In this document: piece by piece, positions 1 through 9,020 of the stretch
Layout of the letters: each line of letters opens with the position of its first letter
Numbering within the stretch: the stretch's first letter is position 1
Assembly (NCBI GenBank): GCA_963705835.1
Contig: CAVPLC010000069.1
Coordinates: 69,449-133,448, forward strand
Direction: 5' to 3'
Source: an uncultured Actinomycetes bacterium
Lineage (GTDB): Bacteria; Actinomycetota; Actinomycetes; Streptosporangiales; Streptosporangiaceae
Length of the DNA stretch: 64,000 bases
The notes under the pieces: generated by a model
Seen by the model: the letters and a program-made list of their open reading frames with translations, nothing else
Told to the model about the DNA's origin: nothing
Databases searched by the model: none
Translations under genes and position numbers: made by a program

Positions 1-11
1 CGGCGACGCCG

Positions 12-719
12 TCACGGCCGGGCCTCGCTCGGTGATGGTGTTGCTGAACCAGCTGACGAGGCCGCGGGACCAGCGATGAGGACATCCAGGCTCAGCGCGA
101 GGATCCACGCCGGGAACAGCAACTCCACCCAGGGAGATATGCCTATGCCGACCAGCAGGATCAGCGCGCAGGCCAGCCCGGACAGGATGAGCCACCGGGA
201 GACGATCGCGGTGCGGCGCGCGATGTTCACCGTGGTCAGGGTGAACACCGCCGCCATCCGCATCGAGTAGACGTTCAGCAGGCTCCCGGTGAGGTTGCGG
301 CTCAGGATCAGCACGTCCGCGCCGGGCCGGACCGACGACGCGGCGGCGATGGTGGCGCCCGCCACCGCCGCGGCCACGAACAGCATGCCGACGAACAACA
401 GGCCGCTGCCGAGGAACACGGTGGCGAACAGGCGGTCCTCGCGCTCGCCGATCCGGTCCCGCAGCACCCCGATGAACCACAGGAAGGCGATCCCGGCGAA
501 CGGGATGAGGTTCAGGGCGATGGCCACCGCCGTCCGCCGCCGCGAATCGGTCAGCCACGCGCCGGCGACTTCGGGACGGGCCGGGACCGAGACCCGGAGC
601 AGCACCAGCGCCGTGATCAGGAACACCGCGAAGATGATCCCGGCGACCGCGGCGGCCCGGGACGTCCTCAGCAGGCTCCCGGGCCGCAGCCACCCCCGAC
701 GGGTCGCTCGCCACACCAT
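12..719 (-). CDS. integral membrane protein, family not recognised
   Basis: 235-aa ORF with about 6 helix-length hydrophobic segments (AAAVAGIIFAVFLITALVLL, LLFVGMLFVAAAVAGATIAAA, LILSGLACALILLVGIGI). The overlapping + strand ORFs are Arg/Pro/Ser-rich antisense artefacts. Confidence 0.6.
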   Translation of the reverse strand: MVWRATRRGWLRPGSLLRTSRAAAVAGIIFAVFLITALVLLRVSVPARPEVAGAWLTDSRRRTAVAIALNLIPFAGIAFLWFIGVLRDRIGEREDRLFATVFLGSGLLFVGMLFVAAAVAGATIAAASSVRPGADVLILSRNLTGSLLNVYSMRMAAVFTLTTVNIARRTAIVSRWLILSGLACALILLVGIGISPWVELLFPAWILALSLDVLIAGPAASSAGSATPSPSEARP

Positions 720-728
720 CGGACCGGT

Positions 729-1397
729 CTACCCCCGCCCCCTGGTCAGGTCATCACTCGTGGCGGGTGACGACGGTGATGACCGCCCGTCTCGCCTGCG
801 CGAGCGCCAGGCCGACAGCCCGGCTCTGGCGCCCAGGCCGATGGCGACGACCACGACTACCCCGAGCACCACCTTCGACCCGGCGTTCCCGATGCGTTCC
901 GCGATCTCCGCGCCCAGGAAGTAGGAAAGACCGACGTACATTCCGATCCAGCCGACGCCGGCCACGAGCGCTCCCAGCACGAAGACGGGGAGCCGCACCC
1001 GGAAGATGCCCGAGACGAAGGCCGGCATCGTCACGGACGCGACGAAGGTATGCCGGCTGAAGGCACGGTCCCCCTTGGCGAGCAGCTTCCGGCGCGATTT
1101 CTCCAGCCGCCCCGGGTGGTCGAGCAGCTGGCGGCCGCCGTGAGCGCCGATCTCGTACCCGGCTACCGAACCGAGCATCCACGCGGCCATGGCCGTCACG
1201 AGCACGACGACCACGTTGAGCCGGCCCTCGCCCGCCAGCGTGCCCGCCGCGATCAGGGACGCGTCCCCCGGGCCCGGTACTCCGGCGCCCATGATCGCGA
1301 CGAACACGAACAGGACAATGTATTCGGACAGGCTCACGGCGCCGACGCCTCCGTGATCGCGGGCGCGAGTCTCGCCGGCCTCATCCCGCCGGGTCAA
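729..1397 (-). CDS. DedA / SNARE-associated family membrane protein
   Basis: 222-aa ORF. The motif VLFVFVAIMGAGVPGPGDASLIAAGTLAG followed by the basic loop RRKLLAKGDRAFSRH and further TM helices is typical of DedA proteins. The start may be an internal GTG. Confidence 0.7.
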   Translation of the reverse strand: MTRRDEAGETRARDHGGVGAVSLSEYIVLFVFVAIMGAGVPGPGDASLIAAGTLAGEGRLNVVVVLVTAMAAWMLGSVAGYEIGAHGGRQLLDHPGRLEKSRRKLLAKGDRAFSRHTFVASVTMPAFVSGIFRVRLPVFVLGALVAGVGWIGMYVGLSYFLGAEIAERIGNAGSKVVLGVVVVVAIGLGARAGLSAWRSRRRDGRSSPSSPATSDDLTRGRG

Positions 1398-2034
1398 CCG
1401 GCGGCAGGTCCTCGACCTGTTTCTTGGTGATGTTGAGCCGGATCCCGGCGTCGACCGACGCGACGGCGCTGACCGGGATGGCCACCTGCCTGCGGCCCCA
1501 CAGGTGGCCCTCCTGGAGCAGGACGTGGGTCACCCGATGATCGGCCGGGCTGACGATGAAGCCTTCGACCCGCCCGATCTCGCCGTCCACGGCATGCACG
1601 CTCTCATGGCGCTCCACCTCGGTCTCCCCCAGCGGGACGGCGTGGCTGACGACGACCGGGGTGCGGTGCCCAACGCCCGCGCCGATCCCCATGCCGGAAA
1701 CCGAACCGCCGACCCCCATGCTGCCCACGTTGCCGTACCCCTGGACCGCCTCGGCCTGCCCGTACCCGCCGCCGTACGCGTCGTCGGCGGCCACCTCGAC
1801 TTCCTCGGCCGGGTCGAAACGGGCGAACTCGGCCAGGGTGCAGCGCAGCCTGATCTCTCCTGCCGTCGCCTCGATCAGCTCCACCGGCACCAGCCGGCCT
1901 TCCGCATGGTGATGCCTGGGCACGATGACCAGATGGGTGACAGCGCGGGCGGCCGGGTCCAGGATCGTGCGGCTGACCACGCCGCAGAAACCATCCGTGC
2001 AGCTGGCCGTGGCCCCCAGGGCGTACTCCGTCAT
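1381..2034 (-). CDS. hypothetical protein with PRC-barrel-like segments
   Basis: ATG at 2034 is preceded by GGGAGG. Has a Gly-rich central linker. The C-terminal VHAVDGEIGRVEGFIVSPADHRVTHVLLQEGHLWGRRQVAIPVSAV resembles PRC-barrel repeats. Confidence 0.55.
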   Translation of the reverse strand: MTEYALGATASCTDGFCGVVSRTILDPAARAVTHLVIVPRHHHAEGRLVPVELIEATAGEIRLRCTLAEFARFDPAEEVEVAADDAYGGGYGQAEAVQGYGNVGSMGVGGSVSGMGIGAGVGHRTPVVVSHAVPLGETEVERHESVHAVDGEIGRVEGFIVSPADHRVTHVLLQEGHLWGRRQVAIPVSAVASVDAGIRLNITKKQVEDLPPVDPAG

Positions 2035-2127
2035 CGCCGCCTCCCTTCCCTCAGGTAGCAGCCTGGCCGGCCGACATCCGGCGGTCATCACCCACCACGG
2101 ATGATCGGGGGCGGGTTCCCCTGGGTC

Positions 2128-2973
2128 TCACAGGACGGCCAGCACGGCGCGGGTCCAGTCGCGGTAGCCGTCATGGCTCGGGTGGAAGCAGTCGGACGCG
2201 AACTTTCCCGGCCACGGCGGCAGGAAGTGCGAGGACACCTGGGCGACGGGCAGGCCGCGGGCGGCCGCCACCTCGTGGATGGTCCGGTTGATCCGCGCCA
2301 CGTACGGCACGCTGGCCCGGCCGATCAGGCCCCAGCATCCCGTGGGCAGCGGCAGGTCAAGCACGACCGTGTGGTCGGGAACGGCCGCGAGCAGCGCGCG
2401 CAGGTCGGCGAACAGCTTGCCCGGGCCGGTGTACAAGATGTCGTTGACGCCGATCCCGCAGGTCACCAGGTCAGCCGAGACGGGCAGCTTGGGTAGCTGA
2501 TCGGCCAGCACGTCGCGGATGAGCGCACCGGACACGGACAGGTTGAGCACGCGCCACGGCAGGTCGCTGCGCCGCCTGAGCACCTCGAGGACCTGCCCGA
2601 CGTAACCGCCGTCGGGGCTGGGCGCGCCGAGGCCCTGCGCGGTGGAGTCGCCGAGCACGACCCACAGCGGCCCGGCCGCGGAGGACCCGCGGGGTTTGGG
2701 GTCCCCGTCGAGCCCTTCGGCCTCGAACTCGCCGAGCACCCGCTCGTTGTGCGCCTGCCAGTGGCTGGCGAAGGCCGCGCAATCCTCGCGCATCGCGGTG
2801 ACGCCGTCGGCCCAGCGTCCGAACGGCCCGGTGCGCAGCCCGGACACCTCGGCGGCCTGGGTGCGGGTCACGTACGTGCCCATGGTGGCGACGATCTCGA
2901 TCGGCGAGCGGCGGGGCCCCAGGGATAGCTGGCGGCGCATGGCCAGACGCGAGAGTGCGGGCATCCGCTGCAT
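2128..2973 (-). CDS. SGNH/GDSL-type hydrolase (lipase/esterase family)
   Basis: Block I VVLGDSTAQG, block III GIGVNDIL, and C-terminal DCFHPSHDGY carrying the catalytic Asp/His. Confidence 0.75.
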   Translation of the reverse strand: MQRMPALSRLAMRRQLSLGPRRSPIEIVATMGTYVTRTQAAEVSGLRTGPFGRWADGVTAMREDCAAFASHWQAHNERVLGEFEAEGLDGDPKPRGSSAAGPLWVVLGDSTAQGLGAPSPDGGYVGQVLEVLRRRSDLPWRVLNLSVSGALIRDVLADQLPKLPVSADLVTCGIGVNDILYTGPGKLFADLRALLAAVPDHTVVLDLPLPTGCWGLIGRASVPYVARINRTIHEVAAARGLPVAQVSSHFLPPWPGKFASDCFHPSHDGYRDWTRAVLAVL

Positions 2974-3084
2974 GGTCGCCCCCGATCACGGTTTACGCGG
3001 GATAAACGACGCTAGACGAATACGTTGACATCTGTCAAAGTCCAGGTGTCTTCGGGAAGACCTGCCGCGCCGCGCTCCTTCCGT

Positions 3085-3122
3085 CCCTTTTTTGACCGAA
3101 CGTACCGTGGTTCGTCGCCTAC
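3085..3122 (+). repeat. dispersed repeat DR-A, copy 1
   Basis: CCCTTTTTTGACCGAACGTACCGTGGTTCGTCGCCTAC. Near-identical core to the copy at 44467-44507, and the similarity extends about 30 nt upstream. Ends 11 nt before the ATG at 3134. Confidence 0.8.
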
Positions 3123-3133
3123 GCTGCTGAATC

Positions 3134-3949
3134 ATGGACGGGGTTCCCGCCCGCGTCGGTATCGCGGGCGACTGGCACGGAAACACCGCGTGGGCGGTCA
3201 GGGCCGTGGGCAAGATCTCCGCCCTGCTGCCGCGCGACGGTCCGCGGGTCATCCTGCAGCTGGGCGACTTCGGCATCTGGCCCGGCCGCGACGGGCGCGA
3301 GTACCTGTCCAGGCTCGACGCGGCGCTCGCCGCCGCGTCCGCCGACCTGTGCTTCGTCGACGGGAACCACGAGGATTACCCCCAGCTGGCCGGGCTGCGG
3401 CCCGGGCCGGACGGCCGGGAGCGGGTGACCGAGCGGATCTGGCACCTGCCCCGCGGGTACCGGTGGCGCTGGCACGGCCGGGACTGGCTGGCCCTCGGCG
3501 GCGCGGTCAGCCTGGACCGCGCGGTGCGGACGGCGGGCATCGACTGGTGGCCCGAGGAGGAGATCACCCGGCGGCAGGCCGCGTCGGTCATCGACGCCGG
3601 GCCCGCCGACGTGATGGTCACGCACGAGTGCCCGGCCGGCGTCGAGCACGCCTTCCCGCCTGTGCCACCCTCGTGGTCCGCTGCCGACCTGCGCCGCAGC
3701 GACGCGCACCGCGGCCTGCTCCGCGAGGTCGTGCTGGCGGTGCGGCCGCGCTGGCTGATGCACGGCCACCTGCACATGAGCTACCAGCGCCGGGTGGACC
3801 TCGGTAACGGCCCGATCGAGGTGACCGGCCTGGACCGCGACGGCGCGCCGAGCGGCAACTGGGCGATCCTGGATGCCGTGAGCATGCGGTGGCTGCGGTT
3901 CCACGGAAAGCCGATCAGCAACGCCATCCGCGGCCTGGTCTCCTCTTAG
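3134..3949 (+). CDS. calcineurin-like metallophosphoesterase
   Basis: Ordered motifs GDWHGN, GDFG, DGNHEDY, THECP and GHLH. Confidence 0.8.
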   Translation: MDGVPARVGIAGDWHGNTAWAVRAVGKISALLPRDGPRVILQLGDFGIWPGRDGREYLSRLDAALAAASADLCFVDGNHEDYPQLAGLRPGPDGRERVTERIWHLPRGYRWRWHGRDWLALGGAVSLDRAVRTAGIDWWPEEEITRRQAASVIDAGPADVMVTHECPAGVEHAFPPVPPSWSAADLRRSDAHRGLLREVVLAVRPRWLMHGHLHMSYQRRVDLGNGPIEVTGLDRDGAPSGNWAILDAVSMRWLRFHGKPISNAIRGLVSS

Positions 3950-4308
3950 GGATCGATGGACCACGCCTCTTCGGGGGGCGCGCCCAGCAGGTCCGCCGGC
4001 ACCGGGTCGGGCAGCGGCGCCAGCCTCGGTTCCCCGCCGACCGCGAGCGTCTCGCGCGGCGCGGCCAGGGACGTCGGGGTCGGCGCGATGTGCGGGTGCC
4101 GAGGCAGGCTAGCGGTCCAGCGTTCGGTGCACGACTGGGCATCCTTGCAGTACCAGCGGATGTCGGTGCAGGCCTGACCGCCGTCGGGCACCATCAGCCC
4201 GGTCGGAAGCGCGATGCCGCACAAGGAGCACTGGGCGGACGCCAGCGGACGACGGTCGTCACGCGGCGCCGGCCTGCTCGCCTCCCTCCACGTGAGAGGG
4301 CGGTTCAT
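3946..4308 (-). CDS. hypothetical Cys-rich protein
   Basis: 120-aa ORF with CSLCG ... C ... WYCKDAQSC, possibly a zinc-ribbon-like arrangement, and a Pro-rich tail. Convergent, with its stop overlapping that of the phosphoesterase gene. No family recognised. Confidence 0.4.
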   Translation of the reverse strand: MNRPLTWREASRPAPRDDRRPLASAQCSLCGIALPTGLMVPDGGQACTDIRWYCKDAQSCTERWTASLPRHPHIAPTPTSLAAPRETLAVGGEPRLAPLPDPVPADLLGAPPEEAWSIDP

Positions 4309-4654
4309 CGCACGACCGCCAGCCGTTTAGGCCTGGTCATAGGCCTCACCAGAGCTGAGGCGTAGGCGGCCATAGTTCCTCCCCAGGGGCACACCGGCGA
4401 AGTCGCCTTGAGGCTCGCTACTCCAAGTTAGCCACTCAGAGCCGGGTGACTCAGGCAAAGCCGCAAAGTTCTTCACTTCCACGCCAAAAGCTACTCAAAC
4501 ATACTTACGTTTCAGGCGCGAACCAGGATTAAAGGTTTCACCATCGTGAATTCTTTTGCGACTGTAGCCTATTCGGCTTTCTGTTGTCAGTGCTTCTCGT
4601 GTTGCCTGTGTTGCCTATCTCGCGGCGGGCTCCCGGAGAACGGATACGGGTAGG

Positions 4655-7178
4655 GTGGCACGGGCGGCGAGGGCCGAGGGGACGGTGGAGGGAACGGCGG
4701 TGTCGGCCGACTACGAGAAGATCCGCGAGGAGAATATCGCGCGGTACGGCTGGGACACGGCCGTGCTGGACCTGCTCGGGCAGCTGTACAGCGAGCGGAC
4801 GCACTTCATCTTCGAGCTGATCCAGAACGCCGAGGACGCCGGCGCGACCGAGCTGTCCTTCGAGCTGTTCGGCGATCGCCTCGAGGTGCGGCACGACGGC
4901 CGGCCGTTCACCGAGGCCGACGTCCGCGGCGTGTGCGGGGTGGGCCAGAGCCGCAAGTCGCTGACCTCGATCGGCCAGTTCGGCATCGGCTTCAAGTCGG
5001 TGTACGCCTACACCAAGACCCCGCGCGTCTACAGCACGGGCGAGCACTTCCGGATCGAGAACTACGTCCGGCCCTATCCGGTCGAGCCGCTGGCCGGGCT
5101 CGGATCACAGACCCTGTTCGTGTTCCCCTTCGACCACGACACCGTGCCCGCCGCCGTCGCCGCAGGTGAGATATCCGCGGCCCTGAACGCGCTCCGGCCC
5201 GGGACGCTGCTGTTCCTGGCCAGCATCATGCGGCTGCGGGCCGGCGGCGCCGGGGTCGCCGGCTCGGTCATCGAGCGCTCGGTCACCGACGGGATCGAGG
5301 GGGCCGAGGGGTCCAAGGGGTCCAAGGGGGCCGAGGGGGCCAAGGGGGCCAAGGGGGCACCCCGGCGCGTCACGCTGGCCAAGGGGCGCCGGAGGGAGGA
5401 ATGGCTGGTCTGGTCGCGCCGGGTCGAGGGCCTGGGCGCGGTGTCGCAGCGGATCGAGATCGCCTTCCTCACCGAGGCCGGGCAGATCACCAGCTGCGGC
5501 GATGCCCCGCTCAGCGTGTTCTTCCCGACCGAGAAGGAGACCTTCCTCGGCTTCGTGGTCCAGGGCCCGTACCGGACCACCCCGGCCAGGGACAACGTGC
5601 CCGAGCACGACCCGTCGAACCAGGCCCTGGTGCGGCAGACCGCGGCGCTGCTGGCCGGCGTGCTGCCCGAGCTCGCCGCCGGGGGGCTGCTCACCGTCGA
5701 GGTACTGCAGGCGCTGCCGCTGGAGGCCACGCGCTTCCCGCCCGGCTCGATGTTCCGGCCGCTGTTCGACGCGGTGCGCGAGGCCCTGAGCGCCGGGCTC
5801 ATCCCGGCCACGGGAGGCGGCTACCGCGCGGCCGCCGACCTGAAGCTGGCCCGCGGCGCCGACGTGCTCGGCCTGCTCGACGCCGGCCAGCTCGGCGCGC
5901 TGTACGGCGCGGGCCGGGCGGTGTGGTTCGCGGAGGAGTCGATCAGCGAGAGCGGGACGCCGGTGCTGTGGCGGTACCTGCGAGACGAGATCGGCATCGA
6001 GGAGGTCGCGGCGCGAGGACGTGGTCGCCCGGGTCGGCGCGGAGTTCCTGGGGGCGCAGCCGGACGAGTGGATCGCGCGCTTGTACGCGTTCCTGTTCGG
6101 CTATTCCTCGCTATGGCGGGCGGCCCGGGCCAAGCCGATCATCCGGCTCGAGGACGGCAGCCAGGTCGCCGCGTTCGACGCCGCCGACCGCCCGGCCGTC
6201 TACCTGCCCGGACCGGCCGCGAGCAGCCTGCCCACGGTGCGGCGCGCGGTGGCCGAGAACCCCGCGGCCCGGCCGTTCCTTGACGCGCTGAACCTGACCG
6301 AGCCCGACGTGGTGGCCGAAGTCCTCGAGCTCGTGCTGCCCCGGTATGACCGCACGGACATCGCGGAGCTGGACCTCGCGCAGCACGACGCCGACCTTGA
6401 CCTCGTGGTGCGCGCGCTGGACGAGGCCGCGGCGGGCCGGCGCCACGAGCTGCTCGAACGGCTGCGGCGGACCGCCTTCCTCATCGGCGAGAACGCCGCC
6501 ACCGGCGAGCAGCGGCTGACGACGCCGCCCGCGCTGTATCAGCGGGCCAAGGACCTGGAGGTCTACTTCGACGGGAACCCTGACGCCTGGTTCGCCGCCG
6601 ACCGGTACGGGCCGTGGCTGGTCCAGCTGCGCGGCATGGGGGTCCGGCAGGCCGTCGAGGTCCGCGCGCGGACCCCTGATCCGCTCGGGTACGTGGCGAT
6701 CGTGGTCGAGTTCGGCCGGAACGAGCGCGGGCTGGACGGGTTCGATCCCGACGCCGCCATCGACGGCCTGGACTTCGCGCTCGGCCACCCCAGCCATGAC
6801 CGCTCGGAATACGTGTGGAACGCGCTGCTGGCCCCGAACCGGCGGCTGGTCGCCGGAGCGGTCGAGAGGTCGGTGCTGCAGTCGTTCAGTGACTCCAGCC
6901 GGGAGGTCGCCACGTCGGCGATCGGCATGGCCGCCGAGCGCGAGGCGTGGCTGCCGGGCCGGGACGGGACGTTCCGCCGGCCGGGCGAGCTCTCGCTGGA
7001 CGACCTGCCGACGACCTACACCCGGGATGAGGGGCTGGCCCAGGCGCTGCACATGCTCCGGCCCGTGGTGGCCGAGGCGGCCCGCCAGCTCGGGATCCCG
7101 CCCGAGGTGCTGTGGGGCCTGAGCACGCGCCCGGACCTGGTCGCGATGATCGAGCACGAGCTCGGCGAGCAGCCGTAA
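4655..7178 (+). CDS. sacsin/Hsp90-like GHKL ATPase domain protein (about 840 aa after one frame correction)
   Basis: The N-terminal motifs THFIFELIQNAEDAGA, LEVRHDGRPF and SIGQFGIGFKSVYAYT match the sacsin-type HATPase_c_3 Bergerat fold. ORFs 4655..6283 and 6021..7178 join at about 6005-6020 (IGIEEV / EDVVARVGAEFLG). Total length is 1 mod 3. Confidence 0.7.
5297..5358 (+). repeat. 9-bp tandem repeat encoding a Gly-X-Y tract
   Basis: GGGGCCGAG / GGGTCCAAG units repeated 7 times, encoding EGAEGSKGSKGAEGAKGAKGA inside the GHKL ATPase. Confidence 0.85.
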
Positions 7179-7331
7179 CGTTTCCGGACCCGGTACGACG
7201 CGGACCGGATCGTGGCCGGCTTCGCCGCGCGGCTGCAGGACGCCGTCGACGTGGGCTCGGTCCAGGACGAGCTGGCCCGCGCGGTCCAGCAGGCCCTGGA
7301 GCCCGCCCACCTCACGGTATGGAAGCGTTAA
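7179..7331 (+). pseudogene. relic 3' tail of a membrane-protein gene (paralogue of the 43168-44399 gene)
   Basis: Lies directly after the GHKL stop, in the same frame. RYDADRIVAGFAARLQDAVDVGSVQDELARAVQQALEPAHLTVWKR-stop aligns with HYDAEATVAAFAGRLRESVDLSSMENELTAVVHQAFEPTHVSVWL at the C-terminus of the 43.2-kb gene. No start codon or gene body is present. Confidence 0.6.
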
Positions 7332-7528
7332 ATGATCCGCAGAACCAGGGAGGCGTCGGGCACGATCACGAGCCCCTATCAAACCAGGCTTGACCGGCCG
7401 CTCAATACAATTCATCATGTACTAACGCAGAAGGGGCGGGCGACGAATACCGGGCGCACCGGATTTCGAAATGCGATCGAATCAAGGTACGTCAGACTCG
7501 ATCGATGGATCTGTGATGGGGTCATGGG

Positions 7529-9014
7529 ATGAGCGAGGGACAGGCTCAAGAACGGGGTCGGCGGCAAGGGCCGCTGCTTCGCAACGAGATAATCTCCGAG
7601 GCGTTGCTCGATCCCGGTGAGCGTGAGGCCATAGGCCTGCCGACCGGCGACGATAAGCAATTGCCTATCGTCATCGAACTGAACCTGCAGCACGCCCGGG
7701 GTCTCGACGGGGCCGCCAGTCAACTCAAGGCAGAGTGGGCCGAGGTGCTCGGCGGATTGCCACCAGGCCTGACCGCGGAAATCTACTGCCGTGCCGACCT
7801 GACCCTCCGCGAGGTTCAGGCTCTGGTCGAGCGCGACCTGAGAACGTCGCCACGCTGCCGAGCGCGCCATATACCGAGTCTGGCCGGACTTTCCTGTGGA
7901 AGCGCTCATCGACAAGTCCTGCAGCACCGTCAAGGCGGACGCCGCCCGCCGGTCGTATGACGCCGCGGGGCGCACGATCGTCTGGGCGGTGGTGGACTCG
8001 GGGATCGACGAGAACCATCCGCACTTCAAGCACTACAAGACGCTGGGCGGCGATGTCGCGAATCTTCACAGGGACTTCACGCAGCCGGACGACCCGCGCC
8101 CAGGCTCGGCCTTAATTGACAATTTCGGGCACGGAACTCATGTCGCCGGGATCATCGCGGGCGGACTAGGTCCCGACGCGCCTGCCCACCGGGTGCTTCA
8201 GCAAGTCCAAGATCCGCTGAATCCGAGAGGCACGAAATGCCAGGAGCGGGAGGTAACCGAGTCGTCCCTGCTCTCTGGCATCGCCCCGTACACCAAGCTG
8301 GTCAGCTTGAAGGTGCTCAATGACTCTGGTGCGGGCAGTTCCATGAGCGTGGTGCGGGCACTGGAGTACGTCCGCACGCAGATAAACGGGCAGAAGCTCA
8401 TGCGCGTGCACGGCGTCAACCTGAGCGTCGGGTACGAGTTCAACGCGAAGTGGTTCGCCTGCGGGCAGAGCCCCGTCTGCGTCGAGGTCAACCGGCTGGT
8501 CCGGTCGGGGGTAGTGGTGGTTATCGCCGCCGGCAACACCGGCTACGGGGTCCTCACCAGCGTGCAGCGGCAGACATCGGTCGGCTTTCCCATGACCATC
8601 AACGATCCCGGGAATGCTGACCTGCCGATCACGGTGGGTTCCACGCACCGCGATATGCCGCACACCTACGGCGTGTCCTACTTCTCGTCCAAGGGTCCCA
8701 CCGGCGACGGTCGCGCCAAGCCCGACCTGGTGGCACCCGGCGAGCGCATCACATCGTGCGCGGCGGGCCACGCCCTGGGGAACGTCAACGGCACCTCGGG
8801 TGAGGCGGTCTACGTCGAAGACAGCGGCACGAGCGTGGCAGCTCCGCACGTGTCGGGCGCGATCGCCGCGTTCTTGTCCATCCGGGGCGAGTTCATCGGG
8901 CAGCCCGAGCAGGTCAAGCAGATTTTCACCGGCTCGGCTACGTCACTGGGCCGGGAGCGGTACTTCGAAGGTCACGGCCTGGTCGATCTCATGCGGGCCA
9001 TCCAGTCGGTCTAA
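7529..9014 (+). CDS. S8 (subtilisin-like) serine peptidase with an about 120-aa N-terminal extension
   Basis: Catalytic triad motifs VVDSGID (Asp), HGTHVAG (His) and GTSVAAPHVSG (Ser). The N-terminal ORF 7529.. (PIVIELNL ...) joins the peptidase frame at about 7840 (ERAIYRVWPDFPVEALIDKS). Length is 1 mod 3. GC is about 58-62%. Confidence 0.8.
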
Positions 9015-9020
9015 CCGGGA

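Noticed and set aside
6111-7418. 435-aa minus-strand ORF opposite the GHKL ATPase C-terminal half
   Set aside because: It has no recognisable motifs and an Arg/Pro/Gly bias, whereas the + strand frame has normal protein-like composition.
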